A DNA stretch of 44,568 nt from positions 1 to 44,568 of the forward strand of contig JAYKGY010000126.1 in NCBI GenBank assembly GCA_035285545.1, written 5' to 3'. The notes below the pieces were generated by a model. The model saw only the letters and a program-made list of their open reading frames with translations. It was not told where the DNA came from and did not search any database. The stretch is from Snowella sp. (GTDB lineage: Bacteria > Cyanobacteriota > Cyanobacteriia > Cyanobacteriales > Microcystaceae). Below, piece after piece: positions 1 through 10,146 of this stretch; the stretch's first letter is position 1, and every line of letters begins with the position of its first letter. The position numbers and the translations under genes are program-made.

Positions 1-1
1 T

Positions 2-118
2 AATCGTTTCCGAGGCATCCTTATTCGATGGGCCAAATCTTCTCAATCCTACTTGGGCTTTATTCAGATTGCTGCTTGTTTGATCATCGGCCGCAAACTT
101 CTCACATTTTTCGGATAG
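2..118 (+). mobile_element. IS5-family transposase, C-terminal end (truncated by window edge)
   Basis: Frame starting at base 2 reads NRFRGILIRWAKSSQSYLGFIQIAACLIIGRKLLTFFG*. This matches the C-terminal R(F/Y)RRL.IRW.K...YLGF..LAC..I motif of IS5-family DDE transposases. Not in the ORF track. Confidence 0.8.
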
Positions 119-125
119 GTTCTAA
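107..125 (+). mobile_element. Putative right terminal inverted repeat and TAA target of the IS5-family element
   Basis: TTTTTCGGATAGGTTC followed by TAA overlaps the transposase stop codon, the usual layout of an IS5-family right end. The partner IR is outside the window. Confidence 0.55.
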
Positions 126-321
126 GTACCTGAGTTAAAAATTCTTTACAGCGATCGCGGCTTAGTCAACGACGAATGAAAAGGGGGCAATGATAAGATC
201 GCCAGTAACTCAATCCTGTTTCTCAATAAAATTAGGTTTTCCCTTTCGCTTTGATTAACCGATCTCCTGAGAACGTTTTCTGAGTTGTTCATTGCGTGAT
301 CCTCTAACCTAAGCATTTTGA

Positions 322-1320
322 ATGATGAAAGTCTTTTTTTTTGGCACCCCTGATTTTGCGGTTCCTATCCTAGAAAAATTGCTGAATAACCCTGATTTTG
401 AGGTTTTAGGCGTAATCACCCAACCCGATAAACGGCGGGGACGGGGCAATCAATTAACCCCTTCTGCGGTTAAACAAGTCGCTTTGGCCCATTCTCTCCC
501 CATTTGGCAACCCAAACGGTTAAAAAAAGACCCCGAAACCCTAGAAATTCTCAAAAATTCCAACGCTGATTTTTTTGTGGTGGTTGCCTACGGTCAATTG
601 TTATCCCGTGAAATCCTCGCTATGCCAAAATTGGGCTGTATTAATGTGCATGGTTCGATTTTGCCGAAATATCGCGGAGCGGCTCCCCTGCAATGGAGTT
701 TATATCACGGAGAAACGGAAACGGGCATTACCACGATGTTAATGGATGAGGGGATGGATACCGGAGCCATGTTATTAAAAGCCTATACCCCCATTCAATT
801 ACTGGATAATGTCACCCATATTGCGGAAGCTTTGGCGAATAAGGGCGCAGATTTATTAATTGAAACCTTGCAGCAGCTAGAGAGCGGCCAACTCCAAGCC
901 ATTCCCCAAAATAACGAAGAAGCCACCTACGCCCCCTTAATTCGTAAGGAAGATTTTGAAATTGATTGGTCACGTTCTGCTGGGGAGATTCATAATCAAG
1001 TGCGCGGTTTTTTCCCCAATTGCGTTACTCAGTTTCGCGATCACGTTTTAAAAGTCTTTGCAACGGTTCCCCTCGGCGATCGCTATTGGTCTCAATTACC
1101 GGATGAATTACAAAAGTTAGCGTCCCAAGGAAGTTCTTTGGAGCATTTAACAGGCTCAACAGGAGAGATTGTTAGTCTAATTAAAAATTTTGGCCCGGTT
1201 GTACAAACAGGTGACGGTTTATTGCTATTACGAGAAGTGCAAGTGGCGGGTAAACCTGCGCGATCGGGTTGGGATTTTGTGAATGGAATGCGGTTAACCG
1301 TTGGCGAAAAATTGGGTTAG
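322..1320 (+). CDS. fmt: Methionyl-tRNA formyltransferase
   Basis: [42 protein letters not shown] and MDEGMDTG motifs. Confidence 0.97.
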   Translation: MMKVFFFGTPDFAVPILEKLLNNPDFEVLGVITQPDKRRGRGNQLTPSAVKQVALAHSLPIWQPKRLKKDPETLEILKNSNADFFVVVAYGQLLSREILAMPKLGCINVHGSILPKYRGAAPLQWSLYHGETETGITTMLMDEGMDTGAMLLKAYTPIQLLDNVTHIAEALANKGADLLIETLQQLESGQLQAIPQNNEEATYAPLIRKEDFEIDWSRSAGEIHNQVRGFFPNCVTQFRDHVLKVFATVPLGDRYWSQLPDELQKLASQGSSLEHLTGSTGEIVSLIKNFGPVVQTGDGLLLLREVQVAGKPARSGWDFVNGMRLTVGEKLG

Positions 1321-1514
1321 AGTAACCACTTTATCGACCAAATTCTGTTTTAGCTATTAGAATTTTTTTATTTAGGTAATCCTTCAAGAGATAGATTAAA
1401 AAGCCGAGTTATTTATGCTTATATAAAATCAAGTTGTAGATTTTTAACTTGAACTTGAGGGCAAATTTAACCTCAAAATTTTGTGCTGAAAATTCATAAA
1501 AATAAATCGTATTT

Positions 1515-1940
1515 ATGACGATACCTCCTCGTAAGTTTAAGGATTTAGATTGCCAAATTAAAGGGGTTAGCGAACCGATTATTGATGAATACTTTATTCA
1601 ATTAAACAACGCTAATTTCCCAGAAACAGCCGGACTCTTTACGGAACAAGGAATTTTACAGCCACCTTTTGGCAAAATACTACAAGGCCGACCCGCGATC
1701 GCGCAGTATCTCCAGAAAGAAGCTGTAGGCATGAAATTTTGTCCTAACTGGGAAGAAATTAGCTTTAATGAAGCTGACAATAGCCACCGTCAAGTTCAAA
1801 TTCAAGGCAAGGTAATTACCCATCAATTTACAGTAAATGTCAATTGGGTATTTCAGTTAACGCCAACCCCAGAAATTAGCTTGCTAGAAATTAAATTATT
1901 GGCTTCTTTAAACGAGCTTGCCCAACTCAATCGACATTAA
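1515..1940 (+). CDS. NTF2-like orange carotenoid protein C-terminal domain homolog (CTDH/CCP)
   Basis: IKGVSEPII..YF..LN, LF...G.LQPPF, GRPAIAQYLQKEA, GKV.T, VNV.W.F.L and KLLASL.EL follow the OCP C-terminal domain pattern in a stand-alone 141-aa protein. Confidence 0.85.
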   Translation: MTIPPRKFKDLDCQIKGVSEPIIDEYFIQLNNANFPETAGLFTEQGILQPPFGKILQGRPAIAQYLQKEAVGMKFCPNWEEISFNEADNSHRQVQIQGKVITHQFTVNVNWVFQLTPTPEISLLEIKLLASLNELAQLNRH

Positions 1941-1949
1941 TGATTAAGC

Positions 1950-3149
1950 CTAGACTTTTGGAGAGGGTGTGATTTTAAATTTAACTAATAATCGGTCAAT
2001 TTTTTGTAAAGTTTCCAAGTCTTCATTGGGTAAACGTTGCGCTTCTAAGCAGGGCTTTTCTAAAAAAGAAAAAGCTTGACGAAACTCTGTGGGCGTTGCA
2101 GCGATCGCGGCTTCAAAATGGCAGGGAATAATGCGGGTAAAATCCCAACGAGCCACCCGATCCGCCCAGGCTAAGGTTTCTTGAGGCGCACGATTGAGAA
2201 TTAATTGCCGCAGGATAGGAGCCACCAATAACCGCCCATTTCCCCGTAATTGCTGAAATGTTTCTGGCCAATTGGATTTCCACTGAAAAGGAAATAAGCC
2301 AAAATAGGCTTTTTTTGACCGATCAGGAGCTTGGGCTGCTTCTTGAAAAACGTTACCCCAATTCGGAACTTCCAGGGTACTCGCTTGAAAATATAAGGAA
2401 AATAAACAAATTCGTTGCCACCCTTTAAGGCGATCGCGTTCATTATCAGCAATATAATCTAGGGCGCGGTCTTTGGCGTGAAATAAGAGGGGATAGGGAT
2501 CAAGCTGCAAAATAGCAGGGGGTTTCTCTGGAATAGAAATGACCGAATCGGTGACTAATAAGGTCTGCGATCGCCGATGGAAAAAAGCTACTTCCCCAAA
2601 TTGCCCCAATCTGAGATCCAACGGGCCCAGAATGGCGTAATCAAATTCATCCCCAAAGGGAGCCTGACGACTATCAGTGGGTAAAACCTGGGTGCGATCG
2701 CGGGGAAAGCCTAACCAACTTAAGGGCAATTTAACCGGAAAACTCCATTGTCCAGGGGCAACAAACACTTGCGCCTTGGCAAAACGACGAGCAAACGGCC
2801 CCACATTCACCTTATGCTCCAAGCCTGAAATGGTGGGCAAAATAATATATTTCACTTCTCCATACTGATTAACCAATTCCTGTACCAAACGAATACATTC
2901 CGGTGTTGGGGCGACAGGGGCATAAACCAGCAATCCGCCTGTTTCTAAACGAATGACCGTCATACGAATCGGAACTACCACATAGAAGATGCCCTGCACC
3001 TGTTCAAACGTCCAGACCCAATCTTTAACGATTTCTACCCGCAATGTCCGCTTTTGTCCGTAGGGATAAATGGGAACCAAGTACCAAAATGGCCATGACC
3101 AATCTTTAGCAGTTACTTGGGAAAGAACGGATCTGTCAGCGGGAGCCAT
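1950..3149 (-). CDS. DUF4336 family protein (metallo-hydrolase-like fold)
   Basis: WSWPFW..VPIYPYG, VPIRMTVIRL..GGLLVYAPVAPTPEC, GLEHK and IIPCHF are typical of cyanobacterial DUF4336 proteins. Confidence 0.8.
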   Translation of the reverse strand: MAPADRSVLSQVTAKDWSWPFWYLVPIYPYGQKRTLRVEIVKDWVWTFEQVQGIFYVVVPIRMTVIRLETGGLLVYAPVAPTPECIRLVQELVNQYGEVKYIILPTISGLEHKVNVGPFARRFAKAQVFVAPGQWSFPVKLPLSWLGFPRDRTQVLPTDSRQAPFGDEFDYAILGPLDLRLGQFGEVAFFHRRSQTLLVTDSVISIPEKPPAILQLDPYPLLFHAKDRALDYIADNERDRLKGWQRICLFSLYFQASTLEVPNWGNVFQEAAQAPDRSKKAYFGLFPFQWKSNWPETFQQLRGNGRLLVAPILRQLILNRAPQETLAWADRVARWDFTRIIPCHFEAAIAATPTEFRQAFSFLEKPCLEAQRLPNEDLETLQKIDRLLVKFKITPSPKV

Positions 3150-3388
3150 GAGAATGAAGACAAAAGGAAATTGTAAGTTTTTCTAGATCTAGATTAGAGC
3201 GTTCGGTTACCCCTTATCCATTGACCAACTGATGAAATCCCATTGTTACAGAACGTAATCTGAGAATGCCGCAATGAAATTCAACTTCAATCCAAGTTCA
3301 GACTAAGATAGAGGAATCATAATATTGATTTAACCGATTTAACAGAAGCAAGTACAATACCAGTACATTAGTCTCTTCATCAATCGCC

Positions 3389-4903
3389 ATGAGTCATTGG
3401 CAACCTGGCACCAATATACAAGGTGGTCGATATACCATCACCAAAATCCTGGGCTATGGGGGGTCAGGCGTAACCTATCGCGCTCAAGAGAAGCATACCG
3501 GAGAATGGTTTGCTATCAAAACTTTAAATGCGTTAACACAAACCCGCTCTGATTTTAGTAAGTTGCAAGAACGCTTTGTGCAAGAAGCTTTTCGCTTGGC
3601 TAAATGTACCCATCCTCACGTTATTCGGGTTGATAATATTTGTCAGGAAGGGCCGCTCTGGTGCATGGTGATGGAATGTGTTTCTGGCGGTGATTTACGG
3701 CAATATGCGGTGGCTAAAGGAGGAATCAAAGAAGCGGAGGCTTTACGGTATATTCAACAAATTGGTTCGGCCCTGGATTATATTCACCAACAAGGTTTTT
3801 TGCACCGTGATGTTAAACCCGCCAATATTATGTTGCGGAAACAAACAATGGAAGCGGTTTTAATCGATTTTGGTTTGGCACGGGAGTTTGTGCAGGATGA
3901 AATTCAAACCCATACCAATTCTCGAACCGAATCCTTTGCTCCCATTGAACAATACGAGAAACGGGCTAAACGGGGAGCCTATACGGATGTTTATGCGTTA
4001 GCGGCAACGTTTTACTATGTTTTAACTTTGCAACTGCCCTTTCCTGCTCCCTTTCGTCGGCAAGGTGCGAATTTAATTGCTCCCCAACAGCATAATCCCC
4101 AAATCAGCGATCGCGTGAATTTAGCCATTCTCAAAGGGATGGAGTTACTCCCCGAAAATCGTCCTCCTTCTATTCCGGCTTGGTTGGAACTGTTAACCGC
4201 TTCAACTTCAACTCCTTCGACGTTTTCAAAACGGCAGCCTATCCCTGCTCCTCCTAACAACGGTTTCACCGCAGCCCCTATTCATTCTGTGCCACCACCA
4301 CCGAGTAAGCCGGCTCCCCTGTTATTAAGTTTGGATACTCAAGAAACGATCGCCTCCTCATCGCCTCGTGTGTCTAGCCAGCAACCAGTTCCCTTGATTG
4401 ATACCTCTAGCCCGACGGTCGCACCTGTCCAGCCGATTTCTCTGGTTTCTATTTCTGGGGTTGATTACTCCCAGTTACAGCAACTGCTGAGTCAAGCCAA
4501 ATTTAAAGAAGCCGATCAAGAAACGGCTCGAATGTTGCTGAAATTAGCGAATCGGGAAAAAGCGGGGTGGCTTGATAAGATTCATGTTGATAATTTGCCC
4601 TGTGAAGATTTACGGACGATTAATCAACTGTGGCATCAGTGTAGTAATGGTCGCTTTGGCTTTAGTCGGCAAAAACGGATTTATAAAAGCTTTGGTGGAA
4701 CCTTAGAACATAATAATGAAACCTGGAAGCAATTCTGCGATCGCGTTGGCTGGCGACAGAATAATAAAATGTTGTCCTACAAGGATTTAAATTTCACCCT
4801 CTGGGCCCCGGAAGGTCATTTACCCATGTTGGGATTGCAAATTTGGGGTTTTACAGGTTGGTTTGCAGTTTTAGCCTCTCGCTTGGAAATGTGTCAGATT
4901 TAA
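3389..4903 (+). CDS. Hanks-type Ser/Thr protein kinase with C-terminal GUN4-like domain
   Basis: LGYGGSG, AIK, HRDVKPAN, IDFGLA, FAPIEQ and DVYALA are all present. A Pro/Ser-rich linker leads to GVDYSQLQQLL...EADQET...PCEDLRTINQLW...GRFGFSRQ...GW...APEGHLP, the GUN4 pattern. Confidence 0.92.
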   Translation: MSHWQPGTNIQGGRYTITKILGYGGSGVTYRAQEKHTGEWFAIKTLNALTQTRSDFSKLQERFVQEAFRLAKCTHPHVIRVDNICQEGPLWCMVMECVSGGDLRQYAVAKGGIKEAEALRYIQQIGSALDYIHQQGFLHRDVKPANIMLRKQTMEAVLIDFGLAREFVQDEIQTHTNSRTESFAPIEQYEKRAKRGAYTDVYALAATFYYVLTLQLPFPAPFRRQGANLIAPQQHNPQISDRVNLAILKGMELLPENRPPSIPAWLELLTASTSTPSTFSKRQPIPAPPNNGFTAAPIHSVPPPPSKPAPLLLSLDTQETIASSSPRVSSQQPVPLIDTSSPTVAPVQPISLVSISGVDYSQLQQLLSQAKFKEADQETARMLLKLANREKAGWLDKIHVDNLPCEDLRTINQLWHQCSNGRFGFSRQKRIYKSFGGTLEHNNETWKQFCDRVGWRQNNKMLSYKDLNFTLWAPEGHLPMLGLQIWGFTGWFAVLASRLEMCQI

Positions 4904-4964
4904 TTAACGGTTTTTACGATGCAGTTTTTCTGACCAATATTAATTATCTTGTTGGGCTTTAATT

Positions 4965-6155
4965 ATGTTGTCTTTTATTTATACAGAAAATTATAAAAAT
5001 CTTAAGTTTGATGGCAAAGTTGATCTTAAAAATCTCAATATTTTTATTGGCCCCAATGGTTCGGGAAAAAGCAATTTAATTAGTTATTTAAAATTCTTAA
5101 ATCAATGCTTAGTTGGCTCTCCTGATCCCATAAGACAGGTTACTGCTTTTGATGTTGCGGCTTCTCAGTTAGGACGAATTTTAGATACTAATCTACCTAC
5201 ACCTTCGCAAGTACGCTTTATTTATGGATTTTCTAATCAAACAGAGTATAGTGAGGGAATAGTTTTAGATACGAATTTGTACATTGATCAACCTCTTGGT
5301 AAAACCTTAATTAATGTTAAGAAAGATTGTTTGTACAAAGGAACTGATTTAGAAGAAAATTTAAATATTTCTTCGCTTTATTATAACTATCCTAGCTCTG
5401 AAACTGGAGAAGGGCTTTTATATAAAAACAATAATCAAAATTATTTTTCAAACAGTCCCTTCAGTCAAAGTCACAATGTAAAAAGTTGGATTATAGCAGT
5501 GGTCAGAAGTTGGCAATTTTATAACTCTAATAACATGAATTTAGAAAAAATTAGAACTACAGAACCGAAAATAGGAACTAATGATGTTATTTTATCTACA
5601 GAAGGGGATAATTTAGCGTTAGTAATAGATAGTCTAATTCAATTAGATATAAATTTTGAAGAGTTTTTAAACTTGGCAATGAAATCTATATTTCCTAAAA
5701 CGAGAAGAATTAGATCGGCTAGAGTTGGAAGATTATCCCTAACAGTAGAATGGTTTTTAGAAGGAAATAATGAGCCATTTTATCTTAATGAAATGTCTGA
5801 CGGAACAGTTAGAATGCTATGTTGGGCAGTGATATTACATTCACCTTATTTGCCTGCTTTATTAGTCATAGATGAACCTGAACTGGGTTTACATCCTGCT
5901 TGGTTATCGGTACTTGCTCAATGGATTAAAAAAGCTGCTGAAAAAACGCAAATTATTCTTACAACCCATAGTCCTGATTTGTTAGATCATTTTACAGACT
6001 ATGTAGAGAATGTTTATAGTTTCGAGCAAGTAGATGCAACCCATTATGGATTAAAACCTTTATCACGAGAAATTTTGCAACCTCAATTGGATGAAGGTTG
6101 GGAATTAGGGGATCTTTATCGCATAGGAGATCCCACGATAGGAGCTTGGCCATGA
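4965..6155 (+). CDS. ABC-type/AAA_21 ATPase
   Basis: Walker A GPNGSGKS, signature MSDGT, Walker B/D-loop IDEPELGLHP and H-loop TTHS. AT-rich sequence. Confidence 0.9.
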   Translation: MLSFIYTENYKNLKFDGKVDLKNLNIFIGPNGSGKSNLISYLKFLNQCLVGSPDPIRQVTAFDVAASQLGRILDTNLPTPSQVRFIYGFSNQTEYSEGIVLDTNLYIDQPLGKTLINVKKDCLYKGTDLEENLNISSLYYNYPSSETGEGLLYKNNNQNYFSNSPFSQSHNVKSWIIAVVRSWQFYNSNNMNLEKIRTTEPKIGTNDVILSTEGDNLALVIDSLIQLDINFEEFLNLAMKSIFPKTRRIRSARVGRLSLTVEWFLEGNNEPFYLNEMSDGTVRMLCWAVILHSPYLPALLVIDEPELGLHPAWLSVLAQWIKKAAEKTQIILTTHSPDLLDHFTDYVENVYSFEQVDATHYGLKPLSREILQPQLDEGWELGDLYRIGDPTIGAWP

Positions 6156-6862
6156 TCGTTTGGATATTTTCTGGAGGAGGTGAAACAGAATGCTATGGAT
6201 TGAAGAAGTTTTTAGAAAGCCTTTTTCCGTCGTATGTTTTTAAGCAGTATACTCCCTTTGACAGCACAAAAAAAGGAGCTAAACCCAATAAAAAATCGAC
6301 TTTTGGTATTACAAATAAAAGTTTAATTGAATCTATCAAAAAGTATTTGCCAATTGCTTTCTTAAAAGAAAATGAAAAACCTAATTTAATTTTAGTCGTT
6401 GATGATTTAGACTGCTGTAATTTGGAAGAGCAACGGCAAAAGTTTTTAGATTGTATTGATAAAATTCCTAATACTGAAAATGTTAATCGATATATTGCTT
6501 TCGCTGCGCCTGAAATTGAAGCTTGGATTATGGCGGATTGGGAACATACTTTAGCTAAAGCTGAAAAATTTAGAGCAAGACATGAAAGAATGCGTTGGTG
6601 GCTAAGTTCTAAAAGACAATTTCCATTTGATCAGCCTGAAAGCTTTGGTAAATACGATCGCGATAAAAAGGCTTGTAAAGAAAAACTGTCCGAGCTATTA
6701 ATTGAAGCCAGTTCTCAGCAGCCTGAAGACCAAGGCAAAGAATATAAGAAAGGCGTTGATAGCCCCGAATTGCTTCTTCGTATTGAAAAAGATAACGTTT
6801 GTCAAAAATGTCCTATTTTTCGAGATTTTTATAATTATTTGGCAGAATTAAAAGTTAATTAA
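6152..6862 (+). CDS. DUF4276-like (TOPRIM-like) protein coupled to the upstream ATPase
   Basis: The true start is probably the ATG at 6152, which overlaps the ATPase TGA (ATGA). Motifs: IFSGGGETE, VVDDLD, PEIEAWIMAD, PE, Y.KG.DSPELL and CPIFRDF. Confidence 0.75.
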   Translation: MIVWIFSGGGETECYGLKKFLESLFPSYVFKQYTPFDSTKKGAKPNKKSTFGITNKSLIESIKKYLPIAFLKENEKPNLILVVDDLDCCNLEEQRQKFLDCIDKIPNTENVNRYIAFAAPEIEAWIMADWEHTLAKAEKFRARHERMRWWLSSKRQFPFDQPESFGKYDRDKKACKEKLSELLIEASSQQPEDQGKEYKKGVDSPELLLRIEKDNVCQKCPIFRDFYNYLAELKVN

Positions 6863-6886
6863 TGACCATCAGGATAAATACTTAAA

Positions 6887-7402
6887 ATGCTTGCTTCTGA
6901 ACAAAAATCCCCGCAAAAAATGACGATTAGCGAATATTTAAGCTGGGAACCGCAACAGGAACTTCGCTACGAATATTTAAATGGAGAACTGATTGCGATG
7001 ACGGGTGGAACCATTCCCCATAACGATATTGCGCTTAATTTTTATTCTCTTCTCAGACCCTATTTACGAAAAAAAGGATGTCGGGTTAATGTATCAGGTG
7101 TGAAAGTACGCGATCGCCAAAATAATTGTTATTTTTATCCTGATGTGGTTGTAACCTGTAATTCTCAAGATTTACAAGCCCGTGAGTTTATTGAAAATCC
7201 CCAAATTTATGTTTTAGTTGACCCTGAAAGCATTTCGGTGGAAATTTATCAACGGGGTGAAGGTCGGCTGTGGCTGTATTCTGCCTATACGGAAGGAGAA
7301 ATCATCCATTTATCGAGTATTGGTTTTGAATGTCCAATTGAGCAACTATACGAAGCGGTTATGCTGGAAAAACGTGACAATAGTAATATACCGTTAGGCT
7401 AA
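6887..7402 (+). pseudogene. Uma2/DUF820 family endonuclease-like gene with an in-frame internal deletion
   Basis: MT.SEYL.WE...ELRYEYLNG...AMTGGT..HN.IA.N and YFYPDVVVTC are present, but ENP runs directly into YVLVD. The conserved LIVEVLSPST...DR..K...Y block is missing. Confidence 0.7.
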
Positions 7403-7420
7403 ATTTCAGTTATTGTCTCG

Positions 7421-8290
7421 ATGAGTCAAGTTTATAAAGCGACAGGAATCATTTTAAAAGGAATGCCCTTTGGAGAAGCCGATCGCCTGTTAACGATCCT
7501 TTCCCCTGAAGTGGGATTATTTAGGGCCATTGCGCCTAATGCCAGAAAGCCTAAATCATTGTTACGGGGACGCTGTGAGTTATTTGTGGTCAATGAATTT
7601 TTGATCAGTAAAGGGCGATCGCTGGATAAAATTGCTCAAATTGACACCCTCGAATCCTACCCCCAATTAAGCCGTAATATTGGAACCTTAGCCGCAGCCC
7701 AATATTTAGCTGAAATCGTCCTCTGTTTAGCAGCCGATGACGAACCCCAGACGGAACTATTTGCCCTCTTGAATGAACACCTCCATCGTCTAGAAAGCCT
7801 AAATTCTGAACAATCTCTCCATGCCCATGTTGCTCACGCCGTTTTTCATCTGCTAGCCTTAGCTGGTTACGCCCCCCAAGTTCACTATTGCTGTTTAACC
7901 AATACAAATTTAGTGGCGGATTATGGTGATCCCCAATGGCAAGTGGCGTTTAGTGTGGAAATGGGGGGATTGATTAAGTTAGGGGGTAATCGTTCTTTGA
8001 AAAGAGGCGTTCAGTTAAATCTGCCGAAAAAAACGCATACTAGAAATGGGAACGCCCCTGGTGCAAAACCCCATCAGATACAGGCATTAGAAGTGACTTT
8101 GCTCCAACAATTAAGCGGAAATACGCTCCCAAAGCCCGATACCATTCTGCCACCCATGGCTTTAAAATCATTCCGGGAAGCAAATTGGGTGAATGTGGAA
8201 CATTTATTGCGTGCTTATGCCCAGTTCCATCTAGGGAAGACATTCCGTTCTGCTGAATTAGTCGATAGTTTATTGACACTAGACTTTTAG
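7421..8290 (+). CDS. recO: DNA repair protein RecO
   Basis: [41 protein letters not shown] and HLLALAG.APQV..CC match cyanobacterial RecO. Confidence 0.93.
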   Translation: MSQVYKATGIILKGMPFGEADRLLTILSPEVGLFRAIAPNARKPKSLLRGRCELFVVNEFLISKGRSLDKIAQIDTLESYPQLSRNIGTLAAAQYLAEIVLCLAADDEPQTELFALLNEHLHRLESLNSEQSLHAHVAHAVFHLLALAGYAPQVHYCCLTNTNLVADYGDPQWQVAFSVEMGGLIKLGGNRSLKRGVQLNLPKKTHTRNGNAPGAKPHQIQALEVTLLQQLSGNTLPKPDTILPPMALKSFREANWVNVEHLLRAYAQFHLGKTFRSAELVDSLLTLDF

Positions 8291-8426
8291 CATCCATCTT
8301 TTAAGGAATCTTTTAAGGTTTAATGAAAGAAGGGAAAAATTACGGATCTCGCCCTTTTTCGCTCCGCTTGAATCCCAATATATACTGACTCAATCTTTTC
8401 TCTCTGAGCAATCGTTGGCTAATGTC

Positions 8427-9794
8427 ATGGAACCCCATTTGATCTCCTCTAATCAAGGCTTTGGCCCTGTTCTCAGGAATCCTCGCTTTCTGGCGTTATG
8501 GATTGGAGAAATTTTTTCGCAGCTCGCGGATAAATTTTATTTAGTCTTGATGATTGCGCTGATTTCTACCCACTATCAAAATGAAGGGCAGTCGATCAGT
8601 GCTTGGGTCTCTGCCATTATGATTTCTAATACGATCCCCGCTGTTCTGTTTGGATCGTTAGCCGGGGTTTTTGTCGATCGCTGGACAAAGAAAGAAGTTT
8701 TGGTCATTTCTAACTTTATTCGAGGCGGGTTGGTACTGATGTTACCGCCGTTATTGTGGCTCACCAAACAACAAACCTTAGCCTTATCTGTGGCCTGGCT
8801 ACCAAATTTTCTCAGACGATGGCGATCGGTGGAACATGATACCTTTTATGTCCCGTTGGGCTTTGTCATCCTATTAGCCGTCACTTTCCTCGTTTCTACC
8901 TTGACGCAATTTTTCGCCCCTGCTGAACAATCGACCCTCCCCTTAGTCGTTCGTCGTCGTCATCTCCTAGCGGCTAATTCCCTGAATACGTTGACCACAA
9001 TGGGGGTCTTAATTATCGGTTTTGCCATTGGAGAACCCCTACTTGCTTTAGCGGATAGTTTGTTTGGAGATCAACCATGGGCTTTGGGAAAAGTGAGCGT
9101 GGTCGGGGGATCATACCTCATTTCAGGGTTAATTCTGCTCTGGCTACGGACGGGAGAAAAGTATGTTGAACACACCGTCGATCAGCCCCATATTTTTGCA
9201 GATATTTTAGATGGGATCAATTATTTAAAGGAAAATCATCGCGTTCGTAATGCAGTCATTCAATTGCTTATTTTGTTTTCGATTTTCGCGGCTTTATCTG
9301 TCTTAGCTGTCAGTATGGCGGCCAATATCCCCAATCTTAAGGCTTCCCAATTTGGCTTTCTGTTGGCTGCTGGCGGAGTGGGGATGGCGATCGGCGCACT
9401 CAGTTTAGGAACTTGGGGGCAACGTTTTTCGCCGACGGAGTTAGGACTCTGGGGATCGCTCGGCATGGGGATTTGTTTAGCCGTGCTGACTTTTTTCAAG
9501 ACTAACTTAGTCATGACCTTGCTGATTATTTTGGTGTTAGGCATTTTTGCTGCTTTGGTGGGCGTGCCGATGCAAACGATGATCCAAGTCGAAACGCCTT
9601 CAGCTATGCATGGCAAGGTCTTTGGGTTACAAAATAATGTCAATAATATTGCCCTATCTCTACCGTTGGCGTTAGCGGGGGTGGCAGAAAGTTTATTTGG
9701 TCTTCGTCCTGTGTTGTTGAGTTTATCGGTCATGGCGATCGCGGGGGGGATTTTAACCTGGTGGATTACGCGCTCTGTGGTACCCAGTAAATGA
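8427..9794 (+). CDS. MFS transporter
   Basis: About 12 hydrophobic segments, with motifs LALWIGEIFSQLAD, GSLAGVFVDRW.KK, TQFFAPAEQ and GKVFG. ATG at 8427 preferred over TTG at 8415. Confidence 0.9.
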   Translation: MEPHLISSNQGFGPVLRNPRFLALWIGEIFSQLADKFYLVLMIALISTHYQNEGQSISAWVSAIMISNTIPAVLFGSLAGVFVDRWTKKEVLVISNFIRGGLVLMLPPLLWLTKQQTLALSVAWLPNFLRRWRSVEHDTFYVPLGFVILLAVTFLVSTLTQFFAPAEQSTLPLVVRRRHLLAANSLNTLTTMGVLIIGFAIGEPLLALADSLFGDQPWALGKVSVVGGSYLISGLILLWLRTGEKYVEHTVDQPHIFADILDGINYLKENHRVRNAVIQLLILFSIFAALSVLAVSMAANIPNLKASQFGFLLAAGGVGMAIGALSLGTWGQRFSPTELGLWGSLGMGICLAVLTFFKTNLVMTLLIILVLGIFAALVGVPMQTMIQVETPSAMHGKVFGLQNNVNNIALSLPLALAGVAESLFGLRPVLLSLSVMAIAGGILTWWITRSVVPSK

Positions 9795-9861
9795 AAGGGG
9801 TATTTCTAAACACATAAATGCCCAAAATCGATGCAGTTTTAGAAGGATTGTTGGTTCAGGA

Positions 9862-9877
9862 TGTGACCTATCTCACA
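9862..9877. promoter_or_regulatory. CRP-type (SyCRP1) binding site
   Basis: Perfect TGTGA-N6-TCACA (TGTGAcctatcTCACA) in the intergenic region upstream of the 10147 gene. Confidence 0.75.
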
Positions 9878-10146
9878 TTTATTCGTTAGGATCGAAGGGA
9901 TGATAGAACATAAGAGGACAAAAACGGTTGTTCTACCATAGCCCAACAAAAAGCAAACCCTTGCTAGCTCTAGGTTATAACCAGATTTAAAAAACTTTTG
10001 ATTTACGGTGGCTATTTAAAACTATCTGTGTTATCACCATATAGAGAAACCTATCTTTTGGATTAAGAATAACCACTTATTCTGATACTCCTCCTCATGT
10101 CATCGATTACAGCGAAGCTGAACCATTGTTAAGAGCGAAATCTTTT

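Noticed and set aside
6098..6151. N-terminal extension of the DUF4276 ORF given in the track
   Set aside because: It overlaps the ATPase C-terminus. The ATGA-coupled ATG at 6152 is the more plausible start.
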